Positions 12,570 to 25,420 of a DNA stretch of 64,000 nucleotides are shown one piece after another. Source of the stretch: Oikopleura dioica (Eukaryota > Animalia > Chordata); NCBI GenBank assembly GCA_907165135.1, contig OU015568.1:5394001-5458000 (forward strand). The letters run 5' to 3'. Position 1 is the stretch's first letter. Each line of letters begins with the position of its first letter. Under the pieces are notes generated by a model. That model worked only from the letters and a program-made list of their open reading frames with translations. It was not told where the DNA came from and searched no databases. Position numbers and translations under genes: made by a program.

Positions 12570-15500
12570 ATGGTTATCGAAGAAGTCGACGAGAGAACGG
12601 AGAATCCGATTTTTCGGACAAAAGTTCAGGTAAATAGACTTTGGTTAGGAAAGAGACTTATTTTCAAAGTGTCTTGATTGCGACTGCATCGGTGTTTTGA
12701 GAAAATCAGGGGAAAAAGTTTATTTATTTCCCGAAGAAGTGTTGACAACTCGAAGCATTCACACTCGAAAGCGAGATTTGAAAAAGGAGAAAACATGGAA
12801 GAAAAAAGCGGCCGCGCAGTTGAGCTTTGCCAAGCACGGATTTTCGACCATGCTTCAAATGGGCTCCTATCTCAGTTCTGGCACCCTGTTTTGGATTACT
12901 GTCATGCTTCTTGGTACTTTTCATGAAATTATAATTGATCGAATTTTTTTTCTAGCGAATGTGCATTCTCTTGAAAAATCTCGCGCGGTGACGACTTTTC
13001 TGACTTCGACTTGCAATCGAAATTACAAGGAATGCGTTCGGATCGCCGAAATGGATATCTGCGGACATTTGATGAAGCAATGTTTCGAAACGCAAGAATT
13101 TATACTCCCGGAACCGGTATCTCAGATCGAAAATGCCAAAGCGACGCCGCTTGACTTTTCCGAAGAAGAGAACGAAGTCAATCTCCTTCGCTGTCAGAAG
13201 AAACAGTTTTACGACCAGAAGATCTGCCGCCATCTCTGCTCCGAAACGCTTGTCTTGCAATCAAGAAGGACAAAGCCGATCTCGCCTTGCGAATCGATGT
13301 GTTTTCAACTGACTAGAGCTTCCGAAGCGGCTGGAAAAGTCTGCCCATTCGAGGAATACTGCCCAAAAGGATGTCCTTGTCCATTTTACGAATGCGAGAA
13401 GTTTGAGTCGAGGCAAAAATTAATTCCTGTTTTTGATTTGGAAAACAAGTCGAGGAACGTCGATATTTCAAACTCAACGACAACAGGCTCAAATGGTGAT
13501 ATTCAGCTTATAACAGATCGTTTGGAGGATCGAAAGAGCGTTGAAAAGGAAAAATTCCCTGTTCTCTTTGCCGATATTGACGGCAACTCTCAACGACTGA
13601 ATGGTTGGGATTCTCTGCTATCTTATGAACGTTTTTTCGGAGAATTTCTTTCATCTCAAAATTATTAATATGACAAAAACGTGAAAGTCAATCGGTGCCA
13701 CTTTTCTTAGTGGGGAGCATTATCTCGTTGATGCTCTTGGAAACTTGCTCAGAGTTAAGGAAGCCGGAACCGATTCGATCTTGATTTCGAATCGGCGTGA
13801 AAACATGTGAGCTATTAATGTTTATTTGGCTTTACTTCTTTTTTTAAGAGGTTTTTTCGTCTTTCACTTTGGGTCTTCGATTGGAGCTCATCAAATTGAA
13901 ATTCGCCATCGAGAGAACGAAATCAAACTGTACCCAGTCGTTGTCATTTGAAAATGGTCGTTTCTCGTCAATTGTTCATTTAACTTGTTTTTTTGTGTTA
14001 TATTTTTATTATTCATAGTCTATAAAGCTACGAATTTTGACCGTTTAAAGCCGTCCAACAAGCAGGGACGAAAAATGCTTCTACTACGCTCCCGACTATA
14101 ATTTGAAGCGATTCGAAGAAGCTCAGGGTTACATCGCAAGCAACCATTTCAACGCGAAAGTATCTTCGGCAAGTTTCAAAGGAGTTTTCTATTTGATGAG
14201 TGTTCGAATGGGCGACTTTTACATCAAGTTGTCGACGACAAAGGCCCTCAATAGAATAAGAAGAGACGAAGAGCTTGAGAAAGGATGGAGAAAGGGCGAG
14301 ATACAAATACCACGAGAATTGAGGGATTTGGATCCAGTCCATGTTCTTCCTTTGAAATGGGTTCAAAATTTAAGAAAATCAAAAGCATTTAAATACATGG
14401 TGCTTTGTTTTTTTTCAAGTTGAAAAGTTTGAATTCAAATAAGACCGATTTGGGGCGTCTGATTTTGATTCTTGTCACAAGGAGTATAAAGCTCTCAAAC
14501 ACACTGTTTTCTGTGTTGCTGGAGGTTGAGGGCAAATTTGTGACTCTCGGTCGCGAATGGATCGGTTCATTGGTTGAATACGAAGGGAAACGTCAAAATT
14601 CTGTCTGTTTTTCGACAATGTTTGCTTCCGATGATCCAAACTATACAGATTCAAAAGGAAACAACAAGGATGAGTGCGAGTATTTTGGAAACGGAATCGT
14701 CAACGATGACAGAATCTTTGTTCAAAATTACGTTTTTGATGTTTCTTTTGAAATCAAGTTTCTTTTCGGAAAGGATTTTACCTTTTCCAATGAAGTCGTT
14801 GGCTAAGTTTTACTGTACCAAGTTAGTATCAAATTGCAAATTCCTGCAAAAGATCTGATCGAGATTGAATTTGTTCAACAAAAGTCCGATAATCAAATGC
14901 ACGTGACAAGTAACCCGAATTTTGCCTTCCACGACGATGTTTTTCCAGCTTTCGCGAGAAATGCCGCTGCTCAAAGAGAATTTCCACCAATAGTTGTTTT
15001 CAGAACAATCATTCCGGATCAATTCTTTACTTCTCCAGCAGAATTAAATCACATTTCAACAGTGGAGATGAAATTCAATGAACATGAATATTTTCAATTC
15101 GAAATATACTTTCCGCAAAAATCGCGCATTTTCGAAGAAATTAAAATACTTGAATCGAGTTTTTTTGATGGATCGACTTTTCTCAGTTTTGGAGTTTATT
15201 CAAATAATTCTGTTTGGATTGATTCTGATTATTTCGAAGCTCGCTCGTTTTTGGAAACGAAAATCACTCAATTGTCGAAATTAGAATTTCATTTCAACTC
15301 ATCGAGTTCAATGGAAACTTCTTTAAAAATTACCGAGGAAAGGTTAAATAAAAAATAAACGCTTTGCTTTATCGACAAAAATGATCCAAAAAAGAATAAA
15401 AAGAAAAACAGAGAACTATCGAAAATGAAAATAAGCGGCTTTGAAAATTTGAAGACAAAAAAGATGCGGATCTTCAAATTTGATGATCGCGCGGAAATCA

Positions 15501-16469
15501 AAAATTTCTACTTTTATGAAAAGGCAATTTTGGTTATGAACGATTACTTGGAAGATGCATTTTCGATTTCTTTGGATGGAAAAACAAGGAAAAACGCGAC
15601 GATTGTGGCTCCGAGCAATGACTATCATCAATGGGCCCCACATGCTGTTGTCAAAAACAAGCTTTTCATTTTTGGAGGATGGAAGGATAAACAAAAAGTA
15701 AGTAAATTTATAATTTTGAAAATAATTGAGTCTAGATCGCGAAACTGGAAGGCTGCACTTGGACAGAACAGCAAACTCGATTGATCAATAGATTTTCGTA
15801 TGGCTCTGCGGCGCTTACGGTGGATGATGGACAAAAAGCTTTAATTTGCTTTGATTGTGACGACAGCAACAGATGTGAAGTTTTCGGGGGAGAATATTCA
15901 TTCGAGAGATTCTCTTCAGATTATACTCATTGGGGAGGAAGACTCGGCTTCTATCAAGGAAAACCGACTACTGTCGGAGGCTTGTACCGCGATGGAAGGA
16001 ATAAAGTGGAGACCCTTGGTTCGTCGGGCTGGACAAGTTTACCTGATTTCCCGAAAGAGTAATGAAAAAAAAAATAATTAATTTATTATAACTATTATAG
16101 TTTCATAAGATATCATGTTTTGATGGGCCTTCCAAGTGGAAGTCTTTTGCTCGCCGTGGGATGGAATCATAATTTTGAAGGACAAAAAGCAATTTGGCTT
16201 CTTGAAAACGACATTTGGGAACAAATCGGTGATCTCCATCACGTAAGTTTCTTAAACTGCCATAGATTTTGATTTAAATTAAGGCCTGCTCTTCTGGATC
16301 TGCAATTATGGTCGATAACTCAATTTTCATCGTCCCTGGCTTCGGAAGTTTCTCAATCGAACGACTGGATTTCGATGGAGATCGACTGATCAATCAACGA
16401 GTCATCGGAAATGCTGACGAAACTTATATTCCTGTTCTTTTTGAAGTTCCCGCTAATTATTGCGTCTAA
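12570..16469 (+). CDS. Copy B: multi-exon Cys-rich + kelch-like beta-propeller protein, probably secreted or membrane-anchored
   Basis: Short-intron exon chain via ORFs 12697, 14103, 14405, 14834, 15425 and 15781. Hydrophobic TLFWITVMLL segment, CPFEEYCPKGCPCPFYEC motif, kelch-like LFIFGG and TVGG motifs, ends PVLFEVPANYCV*. Confidence 0.65.
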
Positions 16470-17052
16470 AAAACGATCGAAAAACAATTAGAAGAAATAA
16501 TTTTTAGCTTTTCCCTCATTTTTATTTTCATTACAAATTCAATAAATGAATCATCTGTGCATCTCTTATTGTCACATTTTGTTCATTTTCAAAAAATAAA
16601 AATCGATTCCTTCGAGATTTTCGCGCCAAATTATATCAACAAAATTTTATCCTTCTATTTTATTGATGGTGAGCTTTTCGAACTGATTTAGGCGTTCGAG
16701 TCTTTAAAACACGGGAAGAAGTGATGGCCTAATTATCGTCAATATCGAGAAGCTCTTATAATAATAGAAACTCTTGATGGTTTTACCATAAATTTGAGTC
16801 ATATAGTCAGTACAAAGTTCAGAGTCTCTGTATTCAAGATGAACATGATTGTTTATTTTCCATGCAATTACCAAATCATTTTTCGCCAGCGGAACTTTCC
16901 ATGCCAAAAAATGGTGGCACCACCATCATTCAGCGATTTTTCCAAATATGACCTGTACAGCGCGTCCTTGAAATAGACCACTTATGTAATTTTTATTTGT
17001 CTCCGTCCATAAAAGCAGCAAAAAACAAGCAAGAAAAATAAATAACCCGGTT

Positions 17053-18186
17053 ATGGAATTTTTGACCTTTTTACAGATTTTGGGCGGTCTCGTTGTCGCG
17101 AAATTTTTGTACAATCAATGGAAGATTTTCTCGTTGTATTATTACGCTAGAGACTTCGACTTCAAAAGCGTCGCTGAGGATGGATATGCTTTGATTACCG
17201 GCGGTGCTGAGGGGATTGGAAGACAGTGTGCGTTGTATTTCGCGAAGAGGGGCATCAACTTGATCCTTGTTGATTTCAACGAGAAGAAATTGAACGAAAC
17301 GGCAAAGGAAATCAAAGAAAATGTAAGTTTTTCGCCTCGAAAGATGCAAAATCGCTTCAATTTTCAAGTAAAATGAAAATTTTTTAGTATTCGATTTCTC
17401 TCATCACCAAAGTCATGGACCTCACCACCCTGCACGAGCCAGAAGTATACGCTTCTTTCGAGAAAGAAATGCTCAAGCAGAAGATCAGTATTCTCTTCAA
17501 CAACGCAGGAATGTCCGAAGAAAAGAAAGCCTTCTGGAACTACGCTGGATCGACTCCTTCCAAAGTTACCAAGATTATGACTTTGAACGCGGAGGTTCCT
17601 GTCTTGATGACCCGCATGGTTCTGCCAGGTATTTTATCAGGAAAAATATTTTTTGGAGTATTTTCTAAGGGATGCTTGAGAGAAAGAAGGGCGTCTTGAT
17701 GCACATGGGTTCTTCTGCTGGGCTGACTGCTTTGGATGCAAATCCTATTTATGCTGGAACCAAGTCTCATGTGGTACGTTTAGTAAAGAGTTCTCGGTCT
17801 GTTCAACCTGTTATTCAGATCAACTTCTCGAGATCGATTGAGCAACTCTATCCAACATCGAAAACCGGAATCATTCATCATGTCTTCTACCCCGCTTTTA
17901 TTAGGACAAGTTTGACAACCTTCCTCACTAAAGGTACTACAACTTTGCTCCAAACTCATAACTATTGTTCGAAGGGATCAAGAAGAAGGGATACGAAAAC
18001 ACGATGGAGAGGCTGAAAGATATCGTCTTCCCGAAAGTTGAGACCTGGTTTGCTTCCGCGATCAAAACGGTTGGAACTGGAAAGAATGAGTCTGGTGGAT
18101 CGTGGTTTTTCGAACAGTTTGTCAATTATATGGTCATGCACTTTGATAGCAGAGGCTTGAAAATGCTCACTGATTTGTCCGAATAA
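17053..18186 (+). CDS. Short-chain dehydrogenase/reductase, HSD17B12/ketoacyl-reductase-like
   Basis: TGGAEGIG cofactor motif, NNAG, YAGTK catalytic motif and an N-terminal hydrophobic anchor. Five exons join across four short GT-AG introns. Confidence 0.88.
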
Positions 18187-18304
18187 CATTTCGTTTTCTA
18201 CAGAATAAATTTTTAGGAGAAAACCTTGGCTTTAATTTAAGATATGATAAGTCTTTTCCAAATATACAGTGAAGAAAAAAGAGTGATTCAGAAGCTAGAA
18301 CAAA

Positions 18305-19664
18305 TTAAAGTTCCTTTTTTGGCTCTTCGACAGGTTGAAGCGCAGTTTTTGGCATGAACCCCCGAGTTTCCTTGTTCCCGGCTTTGTATCCGTAGTACCA
18401 GTGCTTTTTCCCGCGAGTGATGATTATGTCGTCTCCTTCTTCGATCGGCAAAAGGTCGGAGAGGATAGGAGTGAAGATTGCGATTTTTGGAAAAGAAAGA
18501 AACGGGCATTTTCGACCACTGAAGATTTTATAAGCTGAGAAGCTTCAGTAAAAGTACCTGTACGACTTGATGCACTTGAAGGGGACGCTCCTCACTTCCT
18601 TGATCTTCTTCTGCAAAAGCTGCTCGATTGTCAGACTGTAAATATTGCACCCCTCTTTCACCGGAAAATAAAATCCATCAATTCTTTCGTCCTTCCCAAA
18701 AACTTGCCAGAAATTGGCGCTTCGCCCCAAATCATATGGATAATTGAACTGTGTTTTTTCTTCATCTTTTTTGTCTTCGTTTAGTCTCCAGTTGGCTTTT
18801 TCGACGATCCACGATTCAATACCTGTCATGTTTGTGAAAACAATCTGCAGTTGCGAGTACAGTAAGACACCAACGGCAATAACTAAAAAATGACTGTTTT
18901 TGATGATGAAAGGGGATTGGGCTTCAAATGAAAAATGAAGAGGGATTAGCCCCCTTACTCGGCCTCGGGGATCGGAAGAAAGCTGAGAGACTAATTTCAA
19001 GAGTTTTTTTCAAAAATCTACCTGTTCCAATTCCGAATCCGGAAGAAATCATAACCCCCAGGACTAGCTTCGGCTGAAGAGTGAGTCTAACCCAAAGTTG
19101 TTGATAAGAAAAGAAGATGATATGGAATGTTCCGTGAAGAGCTCCGAAAACGGCTCCGAACAAGAAGTACATGAACGACGCTTGGTTGCGATAACTGAAA
19201 TAACAGTAAAAAGGGGAGAGAAGAAAAGCTTACCCAACGCACTGGCTAAGCCAGATGCAATGATGGTCCATTTTCAAGCAACAGCGCTGGCATTTTCGGC
19301 AGTGATGGGCGCGCGGCGGCTTGAATCCTTGACACACTTGGCAAAATTGTAGGAACTGCTCGTCTCCGGGAACTTTAGGCTTCCAGCCCTTCGGCGCGTA
19401 GCCAGGGCCGAGGAGGATTGCTTTGAAGAAATTGGTGACGGTGAAGGGCAGCCAGCAGAAATAACAGAGAAAGTTGACTTTGTTCGCGATCGTTTTCGAT
19501 GGCGGAAAGTATCTGAATCTGCTCGAAATCCGTTATTACTGCAGCTCCTACGTTATCAAGCTGATAAGGCCCCCACACCAGACAATACCAATTGTAGCCA
19601 TCGTCATGAGCGGGCCAAACCTCATCAACCTCCTGACCAATTCCCAAACATCCTTCAGAGTCAT
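18305..19664 (-). CDS. ZDHHC6: DHHC palmitoyltransferase with C-terminal SH3-like domain
   Basis: Minus-strand CQVCQGFKPPRAHHCRKCQRCCLKMDHHC (~19250-19350), TGIESWIVEKA, YPYDLG, YSLTIEQL and final RGKKHWYYG..RGFMPK match the ZDHHC6 pattern. Confidence 0.88.
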
Positions 19665-19905
19665 TACTCTTCAAAACAATTATTGTATGATTCTTTCATT
19701 GACAGCTTGTGATTTTATTTAGTAAATATCGCAAAATAAGGTTACATGTTATTGTTATTGAACTCAGGGAAATCAGGGAAAAAATGAAGCAATTTTTCAT
19801 GAATAAAAACCTTCTTTCAAAAGAGAAGTAGGAACTGACAGATTTGAAAAATGTTACATGTAGATGTTGAAGTGTGCTTTCTAGGGCAGTTTCTTGAGTG
19901 ATTTA

Positions 19906-22900
19906 CTATTGCTTGTATTGAGACAGGAACTGGCGGATGTCTTCTGCGTCTCGCTCGAGCCACTTTGCCTTTAGCCGAACCGTTTCAAGAGCTGAAAAAT
20001 GGGTATGAGAAAGAGATGGAAGGAAAAGGTTACCTTGTGAGACGGCTCTTCTAGCGGTTTCAATTGGCGAATCGTTGAAGTATTTTTCGATTTCGTCCGC
20101 TTTTTCGAGGGTGTCGAATCGAGCGATCGCATTGTTCAGCATTCGTCCGACCAAGCAGACTGATAAATAAGCTCAATAAACGAAAAACGAAAAAGATAAT
20201 TTCAAGAAAAAAGTGCTAGCAAAAGCTTGAGTTTGAATTTATCAGCCTACATCCATAAAGCTTCCCTTGAAGTTCTTCCAGAAGTCCCATTTGTTCTGCA
20301 ACATCGCCCAAATTGCGTCGCGGCCTTCCAACGAAGAAGCAGAAATCGTCGTCAACAATGAAGTCATGTCTTGTTGACGGACAGCATCACTGAATGTCCA
20401 AGGTTATTATATTTGCAAATTAATAAACTGTACCTGAAAGCGTAATCAATCGCTTTGGCCATCAGTTCTGTTCCCTGAACTGATCCGATGGCGATTTCGG
20501 TCCTTGACTTTTGCTCCTGCATCGGGAAACCGGTGTGCAACTTGATCAAATCGTCCAAGCTTTTCTGTTGGCGCGCAGCAGTGGTCAAAACGACGCCCTG
20601 CATATCTGGATTCAAATGCGTCGAAGTCGGATCTTCCACCATTTTCTTAAAGTTCTCGGCTGCGTAGACGTTCAGTTCCTCGTGATCGCACTTGGCCAGT
20701 TGTCCCCAAACGAGCGATCGGAGATTGCCAGTCGAGTGGCTGTCCTTGTCGTTCTTTTCGAAGCCGATCGCGCTTGCAGTTGGAGAGTAGATTTCCCGGA
20801 GAAGGGCCTTTGCTTCTTCTTTGCAGCCAAGAGACTCGGCCAAGTTTCGATAGCTGCCCAAGCTCGAGCTGAAGTCGTTCCAGACGTTGTAGTCCATTTC
20901 GCCTTTGTAGCAGCGAGCCAGGTCGAGGAAACGAGACGATTTCTCGATTCCAGCTTTGCAGGCGGCGTATAGATCGGCTTCGACCTGGACTCGATCGCGA
21001 GGGGTCAAATTCTTGACAACTGGCTTGATCGCGTTGAAAAGCGTCTCGTCGTAGTGGACTTGGTAGAAACCGGTGGCGCCGGCGTTGAATTTCACCCAGC
21101 CGTCTTTTGGCAAGTTTTTGATTTCGACGTCGATGGAGGCGTCGGACATCAGAACTTGTTCGATTTTGCTGTCGGTTGATTTGATGTAGGAAATTGGGAT
21201 TCGCCAGCAAGCAGCGTCGACGGCGCCATTTGTTGCGGAGAATTTCTTTTGCGTGAGAGTTACTGTAAGACCGTTTTCATCCCAGGACTTGACCTTGGCG
21301 GAAACGAGAGGAAAGCCAAGTCTGCCAGTCCAGCCGGACATGACATCTCCAACTGGCAATCCAGAAGCTTCAGAAAGCGACTCCCAAAGATCCTCAGTGA
21401 ACGCGTTCTTGTACGAAAACTTGGTCAAATACTGCTTCATGCCTTTTCGGAAAGCAGCGTCGCCGATCCACTCGTACAGCATTCGGATGACACTCGCGCC
21501 TTTGCAGTAAGAGATCGTGTCGAAGATTTCGTCGATTTCGGAAGGGTGGCCGACGGGGACTTCGATCGCGTGGGAGCTGTCCAGTCCGTCGAGGTCGAGC
21601 GCGCGGTAGAAAGTGCTGCCGATGAACTCGTCGAAAATCGACCAGTCGGGGTAGCAGTTGTCGATCGCCAGGTACTCCATGAAAGTGGCGAAACCTTCGT
21701 TGAGCCACAAATGAGTCCACCACTCCATCGTGACCAAGTTTCCGAACCACTGATGCGCCAATTCGTGAGCGACGACAATGCCGACTCGTTCCTTCGTTCG
21801 GAGGGTCGATTTCTCCTCGTCGAAGAGGATGCAAACGGATCGGTAAGTAATCAAGCCCCAGTTTTCCATCGCTCCAGCGGCGAAATCGGCGACGGCGATC
21901 ATGTCGCATTTCGGGAGAGGATACTTGATTTGGAAGTAGTCTTCGTAAAAGTCCAAGCATTTGATTCCGCACTCGAGCGCGAAGTTGCCCTGATGCGAGA
22001 CGCCCTTTTCGGTGTAGATTCGAACGAGGATTCCACTCTTTGTCTTGCCCTCGACGTAATCGTATTCGCCGACGCAGAAAGCGAGCAAGTAAGTCGACAT
22101 GATCGGCGTCTCGTTGTATTCGTAAGTGATCGTCCCGTTTTCGTTCTTGATCGCGCCGACGACGTCCATGTTCGAAAGCGCTGTTTTGGCCTCTGGAACT
22201 GTGAGGCGAACCTTGAAAGTGGCCTTCCAGGCAGGCTCGTCCCAGCAGGGAAGGGCGCGGCGAGCATCAGTAGCTGCGAAAAGGGTCGCTAGGCCATACT
22301 CGTCCTTTTCTACGAGTTGACAAAGAAAATTGAAAAAGGAAGAAAACGCGAGGCAACGAAAGAAACCTATTTAGACAGTATCTACCAAATATCATGAACT
22401 AACTATCTTTTGTATTTTCTTGGGCTTATTATAGTGACACCCTTAATTGAGAAGCCGCTTGCGGCTTCGAGCTTCTTTATAAAAAAAGCCGCGCTTTGGG
22501 CGGCTTCCTTTATTTTAAGACTCGAAGCAGCAAGTAGATTCTCGATCTTCCAAATTTTAAGGTGGTCACTACGATAACTCCTTGAGAAAATGATGAAGAT
22601 CGTTTGCTCACGATGTCTGGTAGGCCTTTTCTATTCTCTTTCCTTGAAATAATAACTCGCGACTGGAGACCCTTATCCTTCAAATTGCGTCACGAGCGAA
22701 TACTCTGCAACTCCGTCCTTGTTGGTCGACTTCGTCCTGTAGAATCCCTTCATATCATCATTGTGAATTCCCACAAAGTTAATCTCGACAGAATGCTTTC
22801 CAACAGAAAGAGGCGCAGCAGTAGTGATCGTTACAGTTTCTGTCTCGGCGTCGGCAGCGCAAGTGGCGCCGATTTCGCCGACTTTCGCGTCCGTAAACTC

Positions 22901-23565
22901 AATCTCCGCCGAGTTCATTTTGATCGTCGAAGTTTCTTCCAAAACATCGACCAGGATTTTTACGTTTCCAGCGAACTATCGGTAGCAGATAAAATCCCCG
23001 ACAAAGAGCCTTTATAATATTATATAGGGATTCATATATGGGTTGCTTTTCGTTGAATAGGCTCGAGATCTTCACGCGGCTTCGAGGGGAAATGACGAAA
23101 AGCCGCGATAAATGTGGCTTATTTTTCCTGAATATGAAACGAAATCGAAAGGCGAGTCAAAGAGAAACTTACTGGGCTCGGGAACCTCTGTAGAAAACCT
23201 GAGTCAGGGCCGAAATAACTGATTGAGAGTCTCAATTCGAGACACGAGTCGCTATTTCAGGCCCTTGCTAAGGTTTTATGAGAGGTTACCTAGCCCAGTA
23301 AATTTCTTTTTGACTCGCCTTTCGATTTTTTGCATATTCGAATAAAAATAAGCCGCGTTTATTGCGGCTTTTCGTCATTTCTGCTCGAAGCCGTGAGCGG
23401 TTTCCCGGATTTAATTTAATTAATTATTCATTATGACAATAAATTCTAAGATTCATAAGCGCGAATAATTTTTACCTTGAAAGTCTCCAAGTTAGGATGC
23501 AAGTGCAAATCGTAGGAAATCGGCTTGACATGCTTTGGCAATCTCTCAAACTCTTTTTTCGTCAT
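19906..23565 (-). CDS. NPEPPS: Puromycin-sensitive aminopeptidase, M1 family
   Basis: GAMEN, HELAH-x18-E and FERLP N-terminus. Exons approx. 23476-23565, 22678-22975, 20434-22273, ~20260-20389, 20034-20159 and 19906-19992. Confidence 0.93.
23072..23397. repeat. Imperfect ~325-bp palindrome in NPEPPS intron 1
   Basis: Arms contain AAGCCGC/GCGGCTT hairpins and an AAAACCTGAGTCAGGG module. Confidence 0.75.
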
Positions 23566-24048
23566 TTTCAATCTTCAAATCTGAAATTGAGAAAGTAAGT
23601 TTTTCAAACCAAAAACGCGATTCAGCAAAAGTCAGAAAAACTGTTTTCAAATCTGATAAAGACGCCCGCCAAAATAAGGATCTCTTCTTCAAATCTAGAA
23701 ACTTAATCTCTTCAAAGTCAAGTTTTCTCATTTTTTAATTATCAATAATAAAATTTAACGAGAGCGACTAATTCAATAACTAATAAATGAATTTCTCTTT
23801 TCTGCGCTGTGAGAAAATTTCCAGAATTCAGCCAATCGCAGGGCGGCGCAGAATCGATTTCAGCGAAATCCCCCTGTTGCATCTCTAGCGCCATCTTTGA
23901 CCACTTTTTCATCGATGACGAAAATTTTGGTGGCTATAAAATTCTTGCTTCGGATTTAAAGTACTTATTTGTTGTTTTTATTTTCAGAAAAGACGAAAAT
24001 TTTTTGTGTAAAATGCAAAAAAAAAAAACTCAAATAATAATTTCCCTT

Positions 24049-25420
24049 TTATTCTTCTTTGCAAAAGTTTGCATCAACAGCCAAAAAAGGAGCATGATCG
24101 AGTCGAAGCTCGAAGCCAGTTTCGTAGACGATGGTAGCGCTGATTTCTCGTTCATCGATTCTGATTCTCTCCAAGTTGTTGTAGCCGATGAAGACGTCGC
24201 CGAGAATCGAAGTTGCCGAAACGTTAAATGCCGATTCCCGAAGCTGCCCTACAAAAAGATCAGAACTAAGGCGACTCTCTCTCTCTCTTTTCAATAAGGT
24301 TACCTAAAGTGGCCCAGCGATAAACATTGTTGGGGAGAAAGTCCAAGTGATAGATCGTGTTGTCGTAGCTGCTGTCCGTGATGATGATGATCCCCTTCGA
24401 ATCCGAAACCATCGCATGATTGGTCAGCTCATGGACGGGAAAGTCCGCCCAGCTGTGAGAAACCCAGCCATCATCTCTTCCGTAAATTTCCGTCACGCCA
24501 TGGCAGTTTTCTCCATCCCCATCGCAGCCACCAACGGTCACGAGCTCATCATCATGAACGACGAGATCGGACCAATCGTGCCCCCGAGTCGTTTGGCCGG
24601 CCGCGATTTCTTGCGTTTTTCCATCAAAAGTGATGCATTCGCGAGTTCGATTTTCACGACCATCGAAGCAGGTGTAGATTTTGTTTCTGAAACTCGCGCA
24701 GGAGCCGAAAATCCCGCCGTGAAAAGGAAATTCGAGAGTTGACGCTTGCCGCGAAATCTGGCAATTTTCTATTTTTGCCACGGCGCTAGAATTTTCAATT
24801 CAAGGCTGTTTTCTCCTCCTTACTCTGGATTGAACCAACCACCAAGAAGCCAGTGCTCTCCATTCATCATTGCGTAACAAGAATCCTCTGAAAAAAAAAA
24901 ACAACATTTTGAAATCAAGGAAGAGAATCACTCCCACCAATGTCAAATCCCTGGTTGACTTGGTAGTCGAAATTCCGGAACTCGACTTCTCCCGTGTCGG
25001 AGTTCCAATGCATTCCTTTGTTGAACTCCTCCATTCGGACATCAATGATGAAAAGATGCTCTGAAGGGCCTTGGCAAATTGGATTGGGGCAGTTTTCGCA
25101 CCCATCAGGACATCCTAAAGGGGCTTAGAAAAAGGGAGGAAAAGAAGAATCACCTGAGTAACAAGGACAAGCAGCAAGACAGTCGAGCCACTGTCCCTGA
25201 CATCTCGAGTTGCAATTCGGATCATCGCAGAATTCGAGGCATTCGTCGATTTTCACTTGGCATGTGTCTGCACAAGCTTTTCCCAAATCTGCGTCAACGC
25301 ATTTCAAGCTCATTATTTCACTTTGAAAAACCTCCATTTTCCTCTTTTTTTTCTTTTCTGTTTTCGTACAAATATTACCTTTCAGTTAGAGTCTCAGTGA
25401 GAAAAATTCAAGATGGCAAA
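24049..25420 (-). CDS. Cys-rich N-terminal domain + kelch-like beta-propeller, same broad family as copies A and B
   Basis: ORFs 25125-25337 (C-x3-C repeats, CPCYSG), 24266-24781 (IAKIENC, VTVGGC) and 24049-24294 (PFLAVDANFC). The start is uncertain. Confidence 0.65.

Noticed and set aside
16704-16990. Small minus-strand gene head-to-head with the SDR
   Set aside because: It needs a frameshift fix and has no clear start or motif.
20511-22320. Long plus-strand and alternate-frame ORFs (347, 192, 187 aa and others) overlapping NPEPPS
   Set aside because: They are shadows of a GC-rich, codon-biased exon and show no recognisable motifs.
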